A stretch of 64,000 nucleotides of DNA from Gammaproteobacteria bacterium. GTDB lineage: Bacteria; Pseudomonadota; Gammaproteobacteria; Eutrophobiales; Eutrophobiaceae. This document shows positions 50,690 through 61,552 of this stretch, in pieces. A model generated the notes under the pieces. The model was not told where the DNA came from and searched no databases. It saw nothing but the letters and a program-made list of their open reading frames with translations. How positions within the stretch are numbered: the stretch's first letter is position 1; each line of letters opens with the position of its first letter. The stretch covers positions 2,656,001 through 2,720,000 of the forward strand of contig OZ220696.1 in assembly GCA_965116495.1 (NCBI GenBank), read 5' to 3'. A program made the position numbers and the translations under genes.

Positions 50690-51715
50690 CTATTTCCCTG
50701 CAACATATTTTTCCAGCTTTTCCAGGTAATGTGCCTTGGCATGTTCAGAAATCCAGGCGGAATTAAACGCGTTACGTGTCAACCGGACAATTTCATCCTT
50801 TGTATAGCTGCCATGTTTGTGCATTTCTATAAAAATATTATTCAGGTAGCGGCTTGCAAATTCCGCCGGGTCATCCGTGTTGATGGAAACGAGCAGTCCC
50901 AGTTCGAGCATTTCGCGGATACTCTCCAACCGCCGGGGAGCAGGATCTGAAGGCCGCCAGGTAGGGCACATCGTGAGGGGGATCTGCAACTCTCGAACCA
51001 TTGCAGTTAATTCCGGGCTGTCGATAACATGCAGGCCATGATCGATACGTTCTACCTGCAATAGTTCCAGGCATTGGCGGATATGTTCGATGGAATTCGG
51101 CTGGTTGCAATCACAATGTGAGGTCAGACGATAGCCTTCTTCCCGTGCTCGCCTGAATACCTCCACGAACTTCAAAGCGAAATTATTCACTTCATAATTA
51201 TCCAGCCCCACCCCGATGATCTCATCTTTAAAAGGTTTAGCCATATCGAGTATTTCCATGGAGGATTCGGCACTATGATCCCTCTGGAAACTCATTATCC
51301 AGTTTGATTCGATCCCAAAATCACGTCTTCCGTCCCTCCTTGCCTGATTAAGTGCGTTGAAGTATTCGGAAAATACAAGTCCCCGACTGATATGTACCTG
51401 TGTTTCGAACATGATTTCCAGATAGACGATGTTCTCTTCAGCAGATTTCTTAAAAAATGCGTAAGCGAGTTCATAGAAATCCTGCCCTGTTTGTAATACA
51501 CGGAGACAGTTCTCATGGTATTTCAAAAAATTATCCAGCGCCGGTTCGCCATAATCCTGTGCCGCCCACACTTCATCTTCATCCCGGTAGGGGATATCCA
51601 CACCGTTGCGTTCTGCGAAGCGCAATAACATCAGTGGTTCTACACATCCCTCAATGTGGACGTGCAGTTCCGCCTTGGGCATTCCGGTAATGAAGTCTTT
51701 TAAACCGTATGACAT
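50690..51715 (-). CDS. adenosine/adenine deaminase-family amidohydrolase, atypical active site
   Basis: PKAELHVHIEG, ERIDHG, NTDDP. The HAGE motif is replaced by HCDCNQ. Confidence 0.82.
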   Translation of the reverse strand: MSYGLKDFITGMPKAELHVHIEGCVEPLMLLRFAERNGVDIPYRDEDEVWAAQDYGEPALDNFLKYHENCLRVLQTGQDFYELAYAFFKKSAEENIVYLEIMFETQVHISRGLVFSEYFNALNQARRDGRRDFGIESNWIMSFQRDHSAESSMEILDMAKPFKDEIIGVGLDNYEVNNFALKFVEVFRRAREEGYRLTSHCDCNQPNSIEHIRQCLELLQVERIDHGLHVIDSPELTAMVRELQIPLTMCPTWRPSDPAPRRLESIREMLELGLLVSINTDDPAEFASRYLNNIFIEMHKHGSYTKDEIVRLTRNAFNSAWISEHAKAHYLEKLEKYVAGK

Positions 51716-51798
51716 TATTCACTTATGGGTTAACACGGCCAGCCCTGTGGCCGCAGGCAACAATTTGCTGTTGTATTGGACACTGAGTCCTGAGCCGC

Positions 51799-53142
51799 TC
51801 AAGTATAACTATCAAGCACCTCGCGGATGATTCCGCACATATCGCCTATTTCCGATTTTTCGATAATGAAAGGTGGCGCAATCAACGCCGCATCTCCCGT
51901 GGTCTTGACATGTACGCCGGCATCAAACAGGCGCTTCTGGAAGTCGTGGCCTCGCATGCCCGGTCTCTCTTCAACCAACAGCTCAATAGCAGCCAGCATC
52001 CCGTAACCGCGGATATCCGTGATCAGCGGATGCTCCTGCAGGGCAAAAACTGAATCAAGAAAGTAACCGGAGAGGTCTTTGGCCCGCTGAAACAAGTTTT
52101 CCTTCTCGTAAATATCCAGTGTTGCCAGGCTTGCAGCGCAGGCGGCAGGATGACCTGAATAGGTGTATCCATGGAAGAATTCAATCATGTCTTCTTCGGC
52201 GGCGCCTACGACGGTATCATATATCCGGTCGTGGACGGCAACGCCCGACATGGGCTGGGCAGCATTCGTCATGGCTTTGGCCATCGTTATGATGTCGGGC
52301 GTCACGCCGAATTCCTGCGCAGCAAATGCCGAACCGGTGCGTCCGAACCCGGTGATCACCTCATCAAAAACCAGCACTATGTCATATTGATCGCAAATTT
52401 CACGCAGCCGCTCCAGGTAACCTTCGGGAGGCACCAGCACACCCGTGGAACCGGCGATTGGCTCGATGAAACAGGCGGCTATCCGACTCTCGCCATACGT
52501 CTTAATAATCCGTAACAGATCGTCGGCAAGGTCTTCACCGCCGTCACCGGGTTGACCTTTAATAAATTTCTGGTCGGCTGTTGCCGTACTGCGCATATAG
52601 GCCACACCCGGCAGGACACTGGTGAAAGCCTCCCTGTTTTTGACGATACCGGCGAGTGACGTACCCCCGATATTCACTCCGTGATAAGCCCGTTCACGGG
52701 AAACAAATATGTTCTTTTGCGATTGCCGTCTCGCAAAGTTATAAGCCATGACAATTTTCATGGCCGTATCAACGGCCTCCGAGCCCGAATTTCCATAGAA
52801 GATGTGATTCAACGGTTCCGGCGTTATAGCCGCTAAACGCCTCGCGAGTTCGAACGATTTGGGGTGTCCGCGCAAAAAGGGTGAAGTATAATCAAGTTCC
52901 TGAAGCTGCTCATGCACCGCAGTGGCGATCTCGTGACGGCAATGACCACAGGGAACGGAAAACAGGCCGGATGAACCGTCAATAAGGCGTTCACCCCGGT
53001 TATTCCATACATGGATCCCTTTCCCTCTTACGATCAGCCGGGGCTCCCGCTTGAAAGATTTATTGTCGGTAAACGGCATCCAGTGGTTTTCCAGGTCAGC
53101 ACGGGAACAGTGCCGGTTGGTGATTTCACTTTTATCTGTCAT
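51799..53142 (-). CDS. class III omega-amino acid:pyruvate aminotransferase (candidate taurine transaminase)
   Basis: HWMPFT, NSGSEAVDTA, YHG, FDEVITGFGR, MAK, HGYTYSGHP. Confidence 0.85.
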   Translation of the reverse strand: MTDKSEITNRHCSRADLENHWMPFTDNKSFKREPRLIVRGKGIHVWNNRGERLIDGSSGLFSVPCGHCRHEIATAVHEQLQELDYTSPFLRGHPKSFELARRLAAITPEPLNHIFYGNSGSEAVDTAMKIVMAYNFARRQSQKNIFVSRERAYHGVNIGGTSLAGIVKNREAFTSVLPGVAYMRSTATADQKFIKGQPGDGGEDLADDLLRIIKTYGESRIAACFIEPIAGSTGVLVPPEGYLERLREICDQYDIVLVFDEVITGFGRTGSAFAAQEFGVTPDIITMAKAMTNAAQPMSGVAVHDRIYDTVVGAAEEDMIEFFHGYTYSGHPAACAASLATLDIYEKENLFQRAKDLSGYFLDSVFALQEHPLITDIRGYGMLAAIELLVEERPGMRGHDFQKRLFDAGVHVKTTGDAALIAPPFIIEKSEIGDMCGIIREVLDSYT

Positions 53143-53267
53143 GACATCAACCACTTCTGCTAATCTAATGGTCATTCTGTTCACCTGTATAATGTGATTA
53201 TGCCAACTTTATCTTGCCGGTCATCGGAGATATTACGGGGCGGCCCTGTCCTCAGGTAGTGCCAGAA

Positions 53268-54755
53268 ATGAGTAAGCGATCACACCAGCTAATGTGGACA
53301 CAACTGATACAACTGGAAGGGTCTGCCCAGGAAAGTTTGCAGATGCAAGTGAGAAAAGGGCTTACCAGGGCAATCCTTGAAGGCAGGATAAGCATGGATT
53401 TGCCGCTCCCTTCAGGTCGTGAACTGGCACAGCAACTGAAAGTCTCCCGCAATACGATCGTGCTGGCCTATCAACGCCTTGTAGATGAAGGCTACCTTAT
53501 CAGCCGGGAGAGACAAGGCTATTTTGTCAATCCGGCGATACTCAGGTCCGCACCACTGTTTCAAGATGAGCAGGATATAACTGATACAGCCACACCGAAT
53601 TGGCAGACCCGGCTTAATATCGACCTCTCTGTACAACGTAACATTCAAAAACCGGTTGATTGGCAAAAATATAAATATCCTTTTATCTACGGTCAGTCAG
53701 ACCCTGCCTTATTTCCCATAGCAGATTGGCGGGAATGTGTACGCCAGTCGCAGAGTGTGGCCCTGATTGCAGCAGGGAGTCTGGACTATATTGACCAGGA
53801 TGATGAAGTGCTGGTAGAGGAGTTGTGTATCCGGGTTTTACCCAGGCGGGGCATATGGATCAAATCGGAAAACCTGTTAGTCACGATCGGCGCCCAGAAC
53901 GCCTTGTCAGTCATCTCTCAATTGCTTTTCAACAAAGATACCGTGATAGGTATTGAAAATCCCGGCTACCCCGATGCCCGGAATTTATTTTTATTACGCA
54001 CCGAACAACTGGTGTTACTCGATGTTGACGAAAACGGTCTGGTCATCAATGACAAAATCGACAGGTGCGATTATGTCTATGTGACCCCCAGCCACCAATC
54101 ACCTACAACCGCCACCATGCCTTTAAACAGGCGCAAAGCTTTACTGGAAAAAGCGAATACGCACGACCTGATAATAATAGAAGATGATTATGAATCGGAG
54201 GCAAATTATATCCACCAGGCAAATCCGGCTTTAAAAAGCCTTGATAAGGACAACCGGGTCATCTATTGCGGCAGTTTGTCGAAATCGCTGGCGCCGGGTC
54301 TGCGCCTCGGGTTTCTTGTCGCAGACCCTGAGTTGATACAACAAGCACGTATGCTGCGGCGGCTTTTGTTACGTCATCCCCCTGCGCTGGTACAACGTAC
54401 AGTTGCCTTGTTTCTACAGCTTGGACATTATGACTCCCATGTCAGTCGTATTAACCAGGTGTTAAAGAGACGTTGGGAACACATGTGCGCGGCGTTGGAA
54501 CAATACCTGCCTGATGCAACGGACATTCCAGAATTCGGCGGTACGGCATTCTGGGTAAGGGGCCCCGCTGCATGTGACGCTCGTCTGCTCGCGCAGTCAT
54601 GTGCCGTACAAAGCATCTTGATTGAACCGGGAGATGTTCATTTCGGCCAGGACCACCCCCCGATGAATTATTTTCGTCTCGGTTTCTCTTCAATAACAGA
54701 GGGCAGGATAAATGACGGTATCTCCCTGATCAGTAAGAAAATAGACCGTATGTGA
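53268..54755 (+). CDS. tauR: MocR/GabR-family regulator, TauR-like
   Basis: GntR wHTH (LPSGRELA..VSRNT) plus aminotransferase-like domain (TPSHQSPT, EDDY, SKSLAPGLRLG), directly upstream of xsc. Confidence 0.82.
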   Translation: MSKRSHQLMWTQLIQLEGSAQESLQMQVRKGLTRAILEGRISMDLPLPSGRELAQQLKVSRNTIVLAYQRLVDEGYLISRERQGYFVNPAILRSAPLFQDEQDITDTATPNWQTRLNIDLSVQRNIQKPVDWQKYKYPFIYGQSDPALFPIADWRECVRQSQSVALIAAGSLDYIDQDDEVLVEELCIRVLPRRGIWIKSENLLVTIGAQNALSVISQLLFNKDTVIGIENPGYPDARNLFLLRTEQLVLLDVDENGLVINDKIDRCDYVYVTPSHQSPTTATMPLNRRKALLEKANTHDLIIIEDDYESEANYIHQANPALKSLDKDNRVIYCGSLSKSLAPGLRLGFLVADPELIQQARMLRRLLLRHPPALVQRTVALFLQLGHYDSHVSRINQVLKRRWEHMCAALEQYLPDATDIPEFGGTAFWVRGPAACDARLLAQSCAVQSILIEPGDVHFGQDHPPMNYFRLGFSSITEGRINDGISLISKKIDRM

Positions 54756-54782
54756 CAGACAGGATACTGATAATTTCGTCTT

Positions 54783-54815
54783 CTGGAACTTGGGATACAA
54801 CATAACTGGCTCTAT
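54783..54815 (+). promoter_or_regulatory. candidate TauR direct-repeat site upstream of xsc
   Basis: CTGGAACTTG and CTGGCTCTAT with a 23-bp period, resembling the CTGGACYTAA direct repeats reported for TauR. The match is degenerate. Confidence 0.4.
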
Positions 54816-54899
54816 TTTCCGCATGCTTACATATGTACAGTGAGCCTTTCTGCAATGAGCGTCCACGCCACAAACCATGATTACAGGTAAAATCAGACA

Positions 54900-56654
54900 A
54901 TGACACGAATGAGCCCAAGCGAAGCCCTTGTGGAAACAATGGTCGCCAACGGTGTAACCAGGATCTTCGGCATTATGGGTTCCGCTTTTATGGATGCCAT
55001 GGATATCTTCGAGCCTGCCGGGATATACATGGTGTCGGTGGTACATGAACAGGGGGCGGCACACATGGCGGATGGATATTCGCGGGTGAGCGGCCGCCAT
55101 GGCGTGTGTATCGGCCAGAACGGACCGGGAATCAGCAATTGTGTTACGGCCATCGCTGCCGCGTATTGGGCTCACTCTCCGGTGGTCATCATCACGCCGG
55201 AAGCAGGCACCATGGGCACGGGACTCGGCGGGTTCCAGGAAGCCAACCAGTTGCCCATGTTCCAGGAGTTCACGAAATACCAGGGGCACGTCAATAACCC
55301 GAAACGCATGGCTGAAATCGCGGGTCGCTGCTTCGAGCGGGCTCTCTCGGAAATGGGCCCCGCCCAGTTAAATATTCCACGGGATCATTTCTATGGTGAA
55401 CTAGACGTGGAAATCCCGCAGCCGCGCGCCCTGGACAGGGGACCCGGTGGCGCTACGAGTTTGAATGAAGCGGCAGAGCTTTTAGTCAACGCGACATTCC
55501 CCGTCATAATCTCCGGCGGTGGTGTCGTGATGGGTGATGGTGTGGATGAATGTAAAGCGCTGGCCGAACGTCTCGGCGCCCCGGTAGTCAACAGTTATCT
55601 GCACAACGATTCCTTCCCTGCAAGCCACCCGCTCTGGTGCGGACCCTTAGGATACCAGGGGTCCAAAGCCGGTATGAAACTCATCAGTAAGGCTGACGTC
55701 GTATTAGCGCTTGGCACCCGGCTGGGACCCTTTGGGACATTGCCCCAGTACGGAATGGAATACTGGCCGGAGGACGCGCAAATCATCCAGGTGGATGCGG
55801 ATCACAAAATGCTGGGGCTGGTAAAGAAGATTTCTGTCGGTATCTGTGGCGATGCCAAAGCCGCCGCCGCCGCATTACTGTCCCGCATTGACGATAAATC
55901 CCTGGCTTGTGACGCCAGTAAGGCGCAGCGCGCAAAAGTTATCGAGCAGGAAAAAGAAACCTGGGAAAAAGAACTGGATGAATGGCGCCATGAGAAAGAC
56001 GATTTCAGCCTGAAAGTGATAGCAGAGGCAGAGGACAAATTGCTGTCCCCGCGCCAGGTCCTGCGGGAACTGGAAAAGGCCATGCCGGCCGATGTCATGG
56101 TATCCACCGACATCGGCAATATCTGTTCGGTGTCGAACAGCTATCTGCGCTTTGAACGACCGCGCAGCATGTTTGCCGCCATGAGTTTCGGCAACTGCGG
56201 TTACGCCTTCCCTACCATCATCGGCGCCAAACTGGCCGCCATGGACCGTCCGGCGGTCTCCTATGTAGGTGACGGCGCCTGGGGCATGAGCATGGGTGAG
56301 ACCATGACCTGTGTGCGCGAGGGCATCCCGGTCACTTCGGTGGTGTTCAACAATATGCAATGGGGCGCGGAGAAGAAGAATCAGGTGGATTTCTACGGGC
56401 GCCGTTTTGTTGCCGGCGACCTGAAGAACCAGAGCTTTGCCGGTATTGCGCGGGCCATGGGCGCTGAAGGTATTGTCGTTGATAAACTCGAAGACGTCGG
56501 CCCTGCCCTCACCAGGGCCATAGATGCCCAGATGAATGACGGCAGGACGACGATACTCGAGATTATGTGTACCCGGGAGTTAGGTGATCCGTTCCGTCGG
56601 GACGCCTTATCCAAACCGGTGCGCCATCTGGATAAGTATCAAAACTACACCTGA
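54900..56654 (+). CDS. xsc: sulfoacetaldehyde acetyltransferase
   Basis: FGIMGSAFMD, HEQGA, QNGPG, LGYQGSKA, GDGAWGMS, WGAEKKNQVDFY, LGDPFRRDAL. Confidence 0.95.
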   Translation: MTRMSPSEALVETMVANGVTRIFGIMGSAFMDAMDIFEPAGIYMVSVVHEQGAAHMADGYSRVSGRHGVCIGQNGPGISNCVTAIAAAYWAHSPVVIITPEAGTMGTGLGGFQEANQLPMFQEFTKYQGHVNNPKRMAEIAGRCFERALSEMGPAQLNIPRDHFYGELDVEIPQPRALDRGPGGATSLNEAAELLVNATFPVIISGGGVVMGDGVDECKALAERLGAPVVNSYLHNDSFPASHPLWCGPLGYQGSKAGMKLISKADVVLALGTRLGPFGTLPQYGMEYWPEDAQIIQVDADHKMLGLVKKISVGICGDAKAAAAALLSRIDDKSLACDASKAQRAKVIEQEKETWEKELDEWRHEKDDFSLKVIAEAEDKLLSPRQVLRELEKAMPADVMVSTDIGNICSVSNSYLRFERPRSMFAAMSFGNCGYAFPTIIGAKLAAMDRPAVSYVGDGAWGMSMGETMTCVREGIPVTSVVFNNMQWGAEKKNQVDFYGRRFVAGDLKNQSFAGIARAMGAEGIVVDKLEDVGPALTRAIDAQMNDGRTTILEIMCTRELGDPFRRDALSKPVRHLDKYQNYT

Positions 56655-56669
56655 GCACAGGGGCTGTTA

Positions 56670-57704
56670 TTACGGGGCGCCCAGGCCCAATTTAACCAGT
56701 GCCTTTTTATAAGCAACAGCGCATGCATCAGCGTGGGTGTGCCGTTCGTTCCTTAAATTAAGCAGGTAGTCTTTGGAGTACAAGTTTTCTATCAGGGCTT
56801 TATCTTCACGGTTTACCTGAAGCATATACTCCAACTGTGCCCTGGGATCTTCACATTCCGATATGACTATCTGATAGACGGTAGATCGATAAGCGGAATT
56901 GGGTGATACGACATCGTGAATGGCATACCTTACCCTGCCGTCTTCCTCCTGATCAACCAGCATAGAGCAAAAGGGTAATGTCAATTCTGATACCAGAGTA
57001 AAGTCTCTTGTCAATCCGTCCACTGCGGAACGGCTTATTTTCACCCGTCTCAGCAAGTGCGGTACTGTCTGATCCACAACGAATTCCGGTATACTTGGAT
57101 CTTCAGGATTGCCAAACGTGTCTGCATGTACGAAAGGGAGATGCGCCGGGTCATTAAAATTCTCCACATGGCGTGGCGCTGATGCTTCCCACACTTCGGA
57201 ATTGACTGTAATCGTCGTATCCGGGTTATCCATCACATTTTCATTCTCAAGAATGGGCCATTCCGGCAGGGGTAATAACGGGTCGGGGGTCAGACAAACC
57301 CAGAGCAAACCGTATCGTACCAGGTTCCGGTAGGTGTGCAGGTTAAAACTGGCGGCGATGGGTGCGCTCTGGTTCTCCCGCGCCGGGATCTTGATACATG
57401 TCCCGTCAGCAGCGAATTCCAACCCATGGTAGGGGCAGATAATCCTGTCTTCTTTCACATGACCCATGCTGAGCGGCGCGCCTCGGTGAGGACAGATATC
57501 CCTGGCTACGGTAATACCCTCTCTGGTTCGAAAAATCACCAGAGGCAAATCCAGTAACATAAACCGGTGCGGATTTTCACTTATGTCATCGACAAGAGCC
57601 ACCGGGTGCCACATCGCTGCAAGAACCAGCCAGTCAGTCTTTTTGATAGCGGAAATTTCTGGATAACCGGAAGCTTCACTTGCATAATTTGTTGGTGAAA
57701 ACAT
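56670..57704 (-). CDS. Rieske non-heme iron oxygenase alpha subunit (VanA/NdmA-like O/N-dealkylase group)
   Basis: WHPVA, CPHRG...CPYHG, ENFNDPAHLPFVH, EDK. Confidence 0.85.
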   Translation of the reverse strand: MFSPTNYASEASGYPEISAIKKTDWLVLAAMWHPVALVDDISENPHRFMLLDLPLVIFRTREGITVARDICPHRGAPLSMGHVKEDRIICPYHGLEFAADGTCIKIPARENQSAPIAASFNLHTYRNLVRYGLLWVCLTPDPLLPLPEWPILENENVMDNPDTTITVNSEVWEASAPRHVENFNDPAHLPFVHADTFGNPEDPSIPEFVVDQTVPHLLRRVKISRSAVDGLTRDFTLVSELTLPFCSMLVDQEEDGRVRYAIHDVVSPNSAYRSTVYQIVISECEDPRAQLEYMLQVNREDKALIENLYSKDYLLNLRNERHTHADACAVAYKKALVKLGLGAP

Positions 57705-57735
57705 CGGTGATATATCCTGACGATATAAACTTTTA

Positions 57736-59082
57736 CTACCTTATTTCTTCAATCATTTGTGCAAAGGGTCTCAGACCGGAGTAAAAAATAAAAAAGGCAA
57801 CCGGAACGAAAATCCCTGCGAACAGTGACAGGGAATATCGTATCAATAACGGATCCTTAAACACATAGTCTGTAAAAAACGCCACCACAAACGGACCGAG
57901 GCCTGCTCCGACAAGTATCAATACAAACAGGTAAATCGCTAATATCTGGCCGCGAAATTCATTGGGTGTGACCTGGGTAATGCACGCCATACCGACGCCT
58001 ACATGAATGCCCACGAAAAATAATGTCGGCGCCAACAGACACAGGACCACAACAGCATTCTGTACCAACGGCGCCAGGATAAAAAACAATAAGCCGACAG
58101 CGCCATAGACAGATACCCGCAAATAGGCATCAGCACGCTTTTTTCCGATCAGCCAGTCTGCCCAGACACCACCGAAAAAGGTCCCGGTGCCGCCACAAAC
58201 CAATACCAGCAGGCCGAAAATCAAACCTACTTCGCCTGGCGTCCAGGCAAAATTACGAATAAACAAAGTAGGCGTCCATGCCAGCAAGCCATAGCCCAAC
58301 ATGGCTGTGGTGGAGTAACCCAGGGTGATGGTTGTGTACACGCGTAAATGTGACGCAATGAACCGGAAGGTTTCACTCAGCGGCAACGTTTCCTGTTCGT
58401 TCCCTGGTTGCAATAATTTATCATGCCGGACGGGTTCCCTGACGGTCAACAATACCAGCAAGCCAACCAGCACACCGGGTAGTCCGACAACAATAAATGT
58501 GGTTTGCCATGGCTGCAGCACACCCACCAGGGGTAACTCCAGTGCCGCGCTGTTTGCCACCATTTGTACGACAAGCCCACCCAGGATAAACGACATTCCT
58601 CCACCTACGTATGGCCCCATGGCCAGGAGACTGATAGGTTTACTGCGTTTATCCCTGGGGAAATAGTCGGAGATCATCGAATAACCACAGGGCGATAAAG
58701 TCGCCTCGCCTACGCCGACACCGACGCGGGCCAGGAAGAACACCCAGAAGGTTTTCGCCAATCCGCAGCAAGCGGTCATAATGCTCCATGCCGCGATGCC
58801 TACGGCAATTAAAGTCCGACGATTTTTATAGTCCGCCAGACGTCCTATGAGAATTCCCACAAGCGCATAAAATATAGCGAAGGCGAAACCGTGCAACACA
58901 CTGATCTGCGTGTCGGTCAAGCCTAAATCCGCTTTAATGGGTTCTATCAGTAAACTGATGATTTGCCTGTCTATAAACGAGACAATATTGGCGATCATCA
59001 ATACCGTTGCGACGTACCAGGAGTAGACAGGATTGGGATAAGCATCATTAAGACCATCATGAACTGGTGAATGATCGGTCAT
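57736..59082 (-). CDS. MFS transporter (spinster-like)
   Basis: SFIDRQII, GRLADYKNRR, ARVGVGVGEATLSP. Confidence 0.9.
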   Translation of the reverse strand: MTDHSPVHDGLNDAYPNPVYSWYVATVLMIANIVSFIDRQIISLLIEPIKADLGLTDTQISVLHGFAFAIFYALVGILIGRLADYKNRRTLIAVGIAAWSIMTACCGLAKTFWVFFLARVGVGVGEATLSPCGYSMISDYFPRDKRSKPISLLAMGPYVGGGMSFILGGLVVQMVANSAALELPLVGVLQPWQTTFIVVGLPGVLVGLLVLLTVREPVRHDKLLQPGNEQETLPLSETFRFIASHLRVYTTITLGYSTTAMLGYGLLAWTPTLFIRNFAWTPGEVGLIFGLLVLVCGGTGTFFGGVWADWLIGKKRADAYLRVSVYGAVGLLFFILAPLVQNAVVVLCLLAPTLFFVGIHVGVGMACITQVTPNEFRGQILAIYLFVLILVGAGLGPFVVAFFTDYVFKDPLLIRYSLSLFAGIFVPVAFFIFYSGLRPFAQMIEEIR

Positions 59083-59088
59083 ACCCAA

Positions 59089-61371
59089 TCAAAAACGATA
59101 AGAGACAGTGCCTCCAATTTGTCGAGGTGGACCACCCGGTATGGATAAATGTTCAGCGATGAAAGTGAATCCATCAGCGAGCCATTCTTCATCGGTGAGG
59201 TTCTTGACCCAGAGTCTCGCGTCCCACTTATCGTCAGGACTGGTATAACCAATGCTGGCATTCAGTATCCAAAAAGCATCCTGTGACTCGTAATCTGTAT
59301 CTGTATCAGTGAAATTTTGATTATCCCGCCAGTGCGGATTGAAAGTTAGATCCAACCGGCCGCCTTGCGTCACCGGCACCGTATAAGTGAAAAACGCATT
59401 CATGGTTAAAGCCGGCGTTTTAGCGGTCCTGTTACCGGTTACATCGCCTCCCCCAAAACCGAGATCAAAACTGGTGCTGACGAATTCGGCCTCTGTCCAG
59501 GCAAAACTTGTATAAATATTAAATTGCTCAACCGGCTGCCAATCAAGTTCAACTTCAGCGCCGTAGCCTTCCACATCACCAAAGTTTGCCAATAACGATA
59601 TACTGCCTAACTCACCACGCGCACCCGGAATCTCAACAAAACCGATTTTGTCCGTATAATCGTAATAATAACCTGATGCGTTCAGGCGCAAGGTCCCATC
59701 CAGGAAATCACCTTTGAAGCCGGCTTCATAATTGCTCAAAAATTCCGGCTCGGTGACCTCAAATTCATCGTCGGCCAGCGCGCCACCATTAAAATCACCC
59801 CCTCTGAAGCTGCGCGACCAGGTAAACCAAAGGTTGACTTCTTCCGTCAGTGCGTATTGCAATGAAATTCTTGCGCTGGGTTCGAACCAGTCTTCTTCCT
59901 GATTATCCTCATCAGCCAGTATGACGTGCGGCAAGCCGAACCACAGATCTTTACCGATAAACGTGTTGGTTAAAGTGGGATTAGGCGGTGCGAGACTACC
60001 GGCAAGAATAGCGCCCACCCGTTCATCCCAGGTTAACCTGACGCCGGCAGTCGCGGTAAAACGATCGGTAAAATCATAGGAAACTTCGCCGAATATCGCC
60101 TTGTTTTCAGACTCTATGATATTTAAGCGTCCGGCACTGGTACCACCAAATGCCAGAATATAGTTGGATCGAAAGTAGGTAAGTTCATCATCATAATAGA
60201 AACCACCTATTACCCAACTCCATGGACCATCACCATTGGAAGACAACCTAGCCTCCACACTCCATTGTTCGTGTTCATCATCAAAATTAGCGCGTAATAC
60301 CCCGGATGGAGCGCCGTCCGTTTCATTTAAATCCTGCCGTTCGTTAGTCTGAAACGCCGCAATTACTGTTGCAGTAACCGCATCGAACTCATAATCAATG
60401 AACAAAGCTGTTTGAAACAACTCCATTTTGGAAAACCCGTCTTCCCCTTGCTCAGTCGTATATAAATCAGAATCTGCCACGTTACCTAACAGGTTTACAC
60501 AGGTGGTGCCGGGCCGGCCCCGCAGGGGATCAGTACAGGAGAACCCGAAATCAAACGGATGTGCGCCCAGGCCAAATGCCTTGTGTGGGGTGTCCTCACC
60601 ATCCATTTCACTATAGGTAACGGACAATCTTGTTGTTAAACGGTCATTCGGTTCCCAAACCAGTTGACCCCGGACAGCGCCCCAGTCATAACCACCGGTA
60701 TCATCGTCTCCGGTTGCTGCCGGATTCACATTTTCAAAATAACCATCAAGGGTACGGAAAGTACCACTGATACGGGCAGCCACCGTGTCAGACAGGGATA
60801 TACCGACTGCCCCTTCAAAGGCGTATTGATCATATTCAGCTGCGGTCACGCTGGCATAACCATTGGTTTCCCCACCCACCTCCGGCTTGACAGACACATA
60901 ATTAACCAATCCGCCTGTGGTATTTCTACCCCATAATGTTCCTTGTGGCCCTTTCAACACTTCAACGCGGTCCAGATCGAAAACCAGGCCGGATGTGCCG
61001 AAGTTTGAGCCGAAAACAACACCATCCTGATAAATCGCCGTCGCATTTCCTGCAGATGACTGGAAATCATCAACACCTACTCCTCGCAGGCTGTACTCTA
61101 CCTTCCCAAAACCGGTACCGGCTGTAGTCAAACCAGGAATTGAATCCAACAGCTCTCTACCTTGGGCAATTGCGCGTTTTCTTATAGTAGTTCCGGTTAT
61201 AGCCGACACAGCGATGGGTACATCTTGCAGACTTTGTTCCCGCTTTTGCGCCGTTACGACTATCTCTTCAAGTACACCCTGGGCCGTAACCGGATTAGAA
61301 AAAATGAATAACAAAGCACAATATAGCGTGACACTTGCCAACTGTTTAAAACTGGTGAAAATGCGCTGCAT
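59089..61371 (-). CDS. TonB-dependent receptor
   Basis: Signal peptide, LEEIVVTAQKRE, VEVLKGPQGTLWGRNTTGG, C-terminal YRF. Confidence 0.92.
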   Translation of the reverse strand: MQRIFTSFKQLASVTLYCALLFIFSNPVTAQGVLEEIVVTAQKREQSLQDVPIAVSAITGTTIRKRAIAQGRELLDSIPGLTTAGTGFGKVEYSLRGVGVDDFQSSAGNATAIYQDGVVFGSNFGTSGLVFDLDRVEVLKGPQGTLWGRNTTGGLVNYVSVKPEVGGETNGYASVTAAEYDQYAFEGAVGISLSDTVAARISGTFRTLDGYFENVNPAATGDDDTGGYDWGAVRGQLVWEPNDRLTTRLSVTYSEMDGEDTPHKAFGLGAHPFDFGFSCTDPLRGRPGTTCVNLLGNVADSDLYTTEQGEDGFSKMELFQTALFIDYEFDAVTATVIAAFQTNERQDLNETDGAPSGVLRANFDDEHEQWSVEARLSSNGDGPWSWVIGGFYYDDELTYFRSNYILAFGGTSAGRLNIIESENKAIFGEVSYDFTDRFTATAGVRLTWDERVGAILAGSLAPPNPTLTNTFIGKDLWFGLPHVILADEDNQEEDWFEPSARISLQYALTEEVNLWFTWSRSFRGGDFNGGALADDEFEVTEPEFLSNYEAGFKGDFLDGTLRLNASGYYYDYTDKIGFVEIPGARGELGSISLLANFGDVEGYGAEVELDWQPVEQFNIYTSFAWTEAEFVSTSFDLGFGGGDVTGNRTAKTPALTMNAFFTYTVPVTQGGRLDLTFNPHWRDNQNFTDTDTDYESQDAFWILNASIGYTSPDDKWDARLWVKNLTDEEWLADGFTFIAEHLSIPGGPPRQIGGTVSYRF

Positions 61372-61552
61372 TTTTATCCCCCCAAGTGACCTATTATTAT
61401 CGCTAGTCTCGTCATGCAACTATTATAGAACAGGCTTTACTGACAGAAGGAAATGTAATCCACACTACCACGTCCAAGTAGAGCCAATCAACATTTAACC
61501 GTAGTACCAAGAATAAATTCAATGTTCACCATACACTAAACAATAGAAACTA

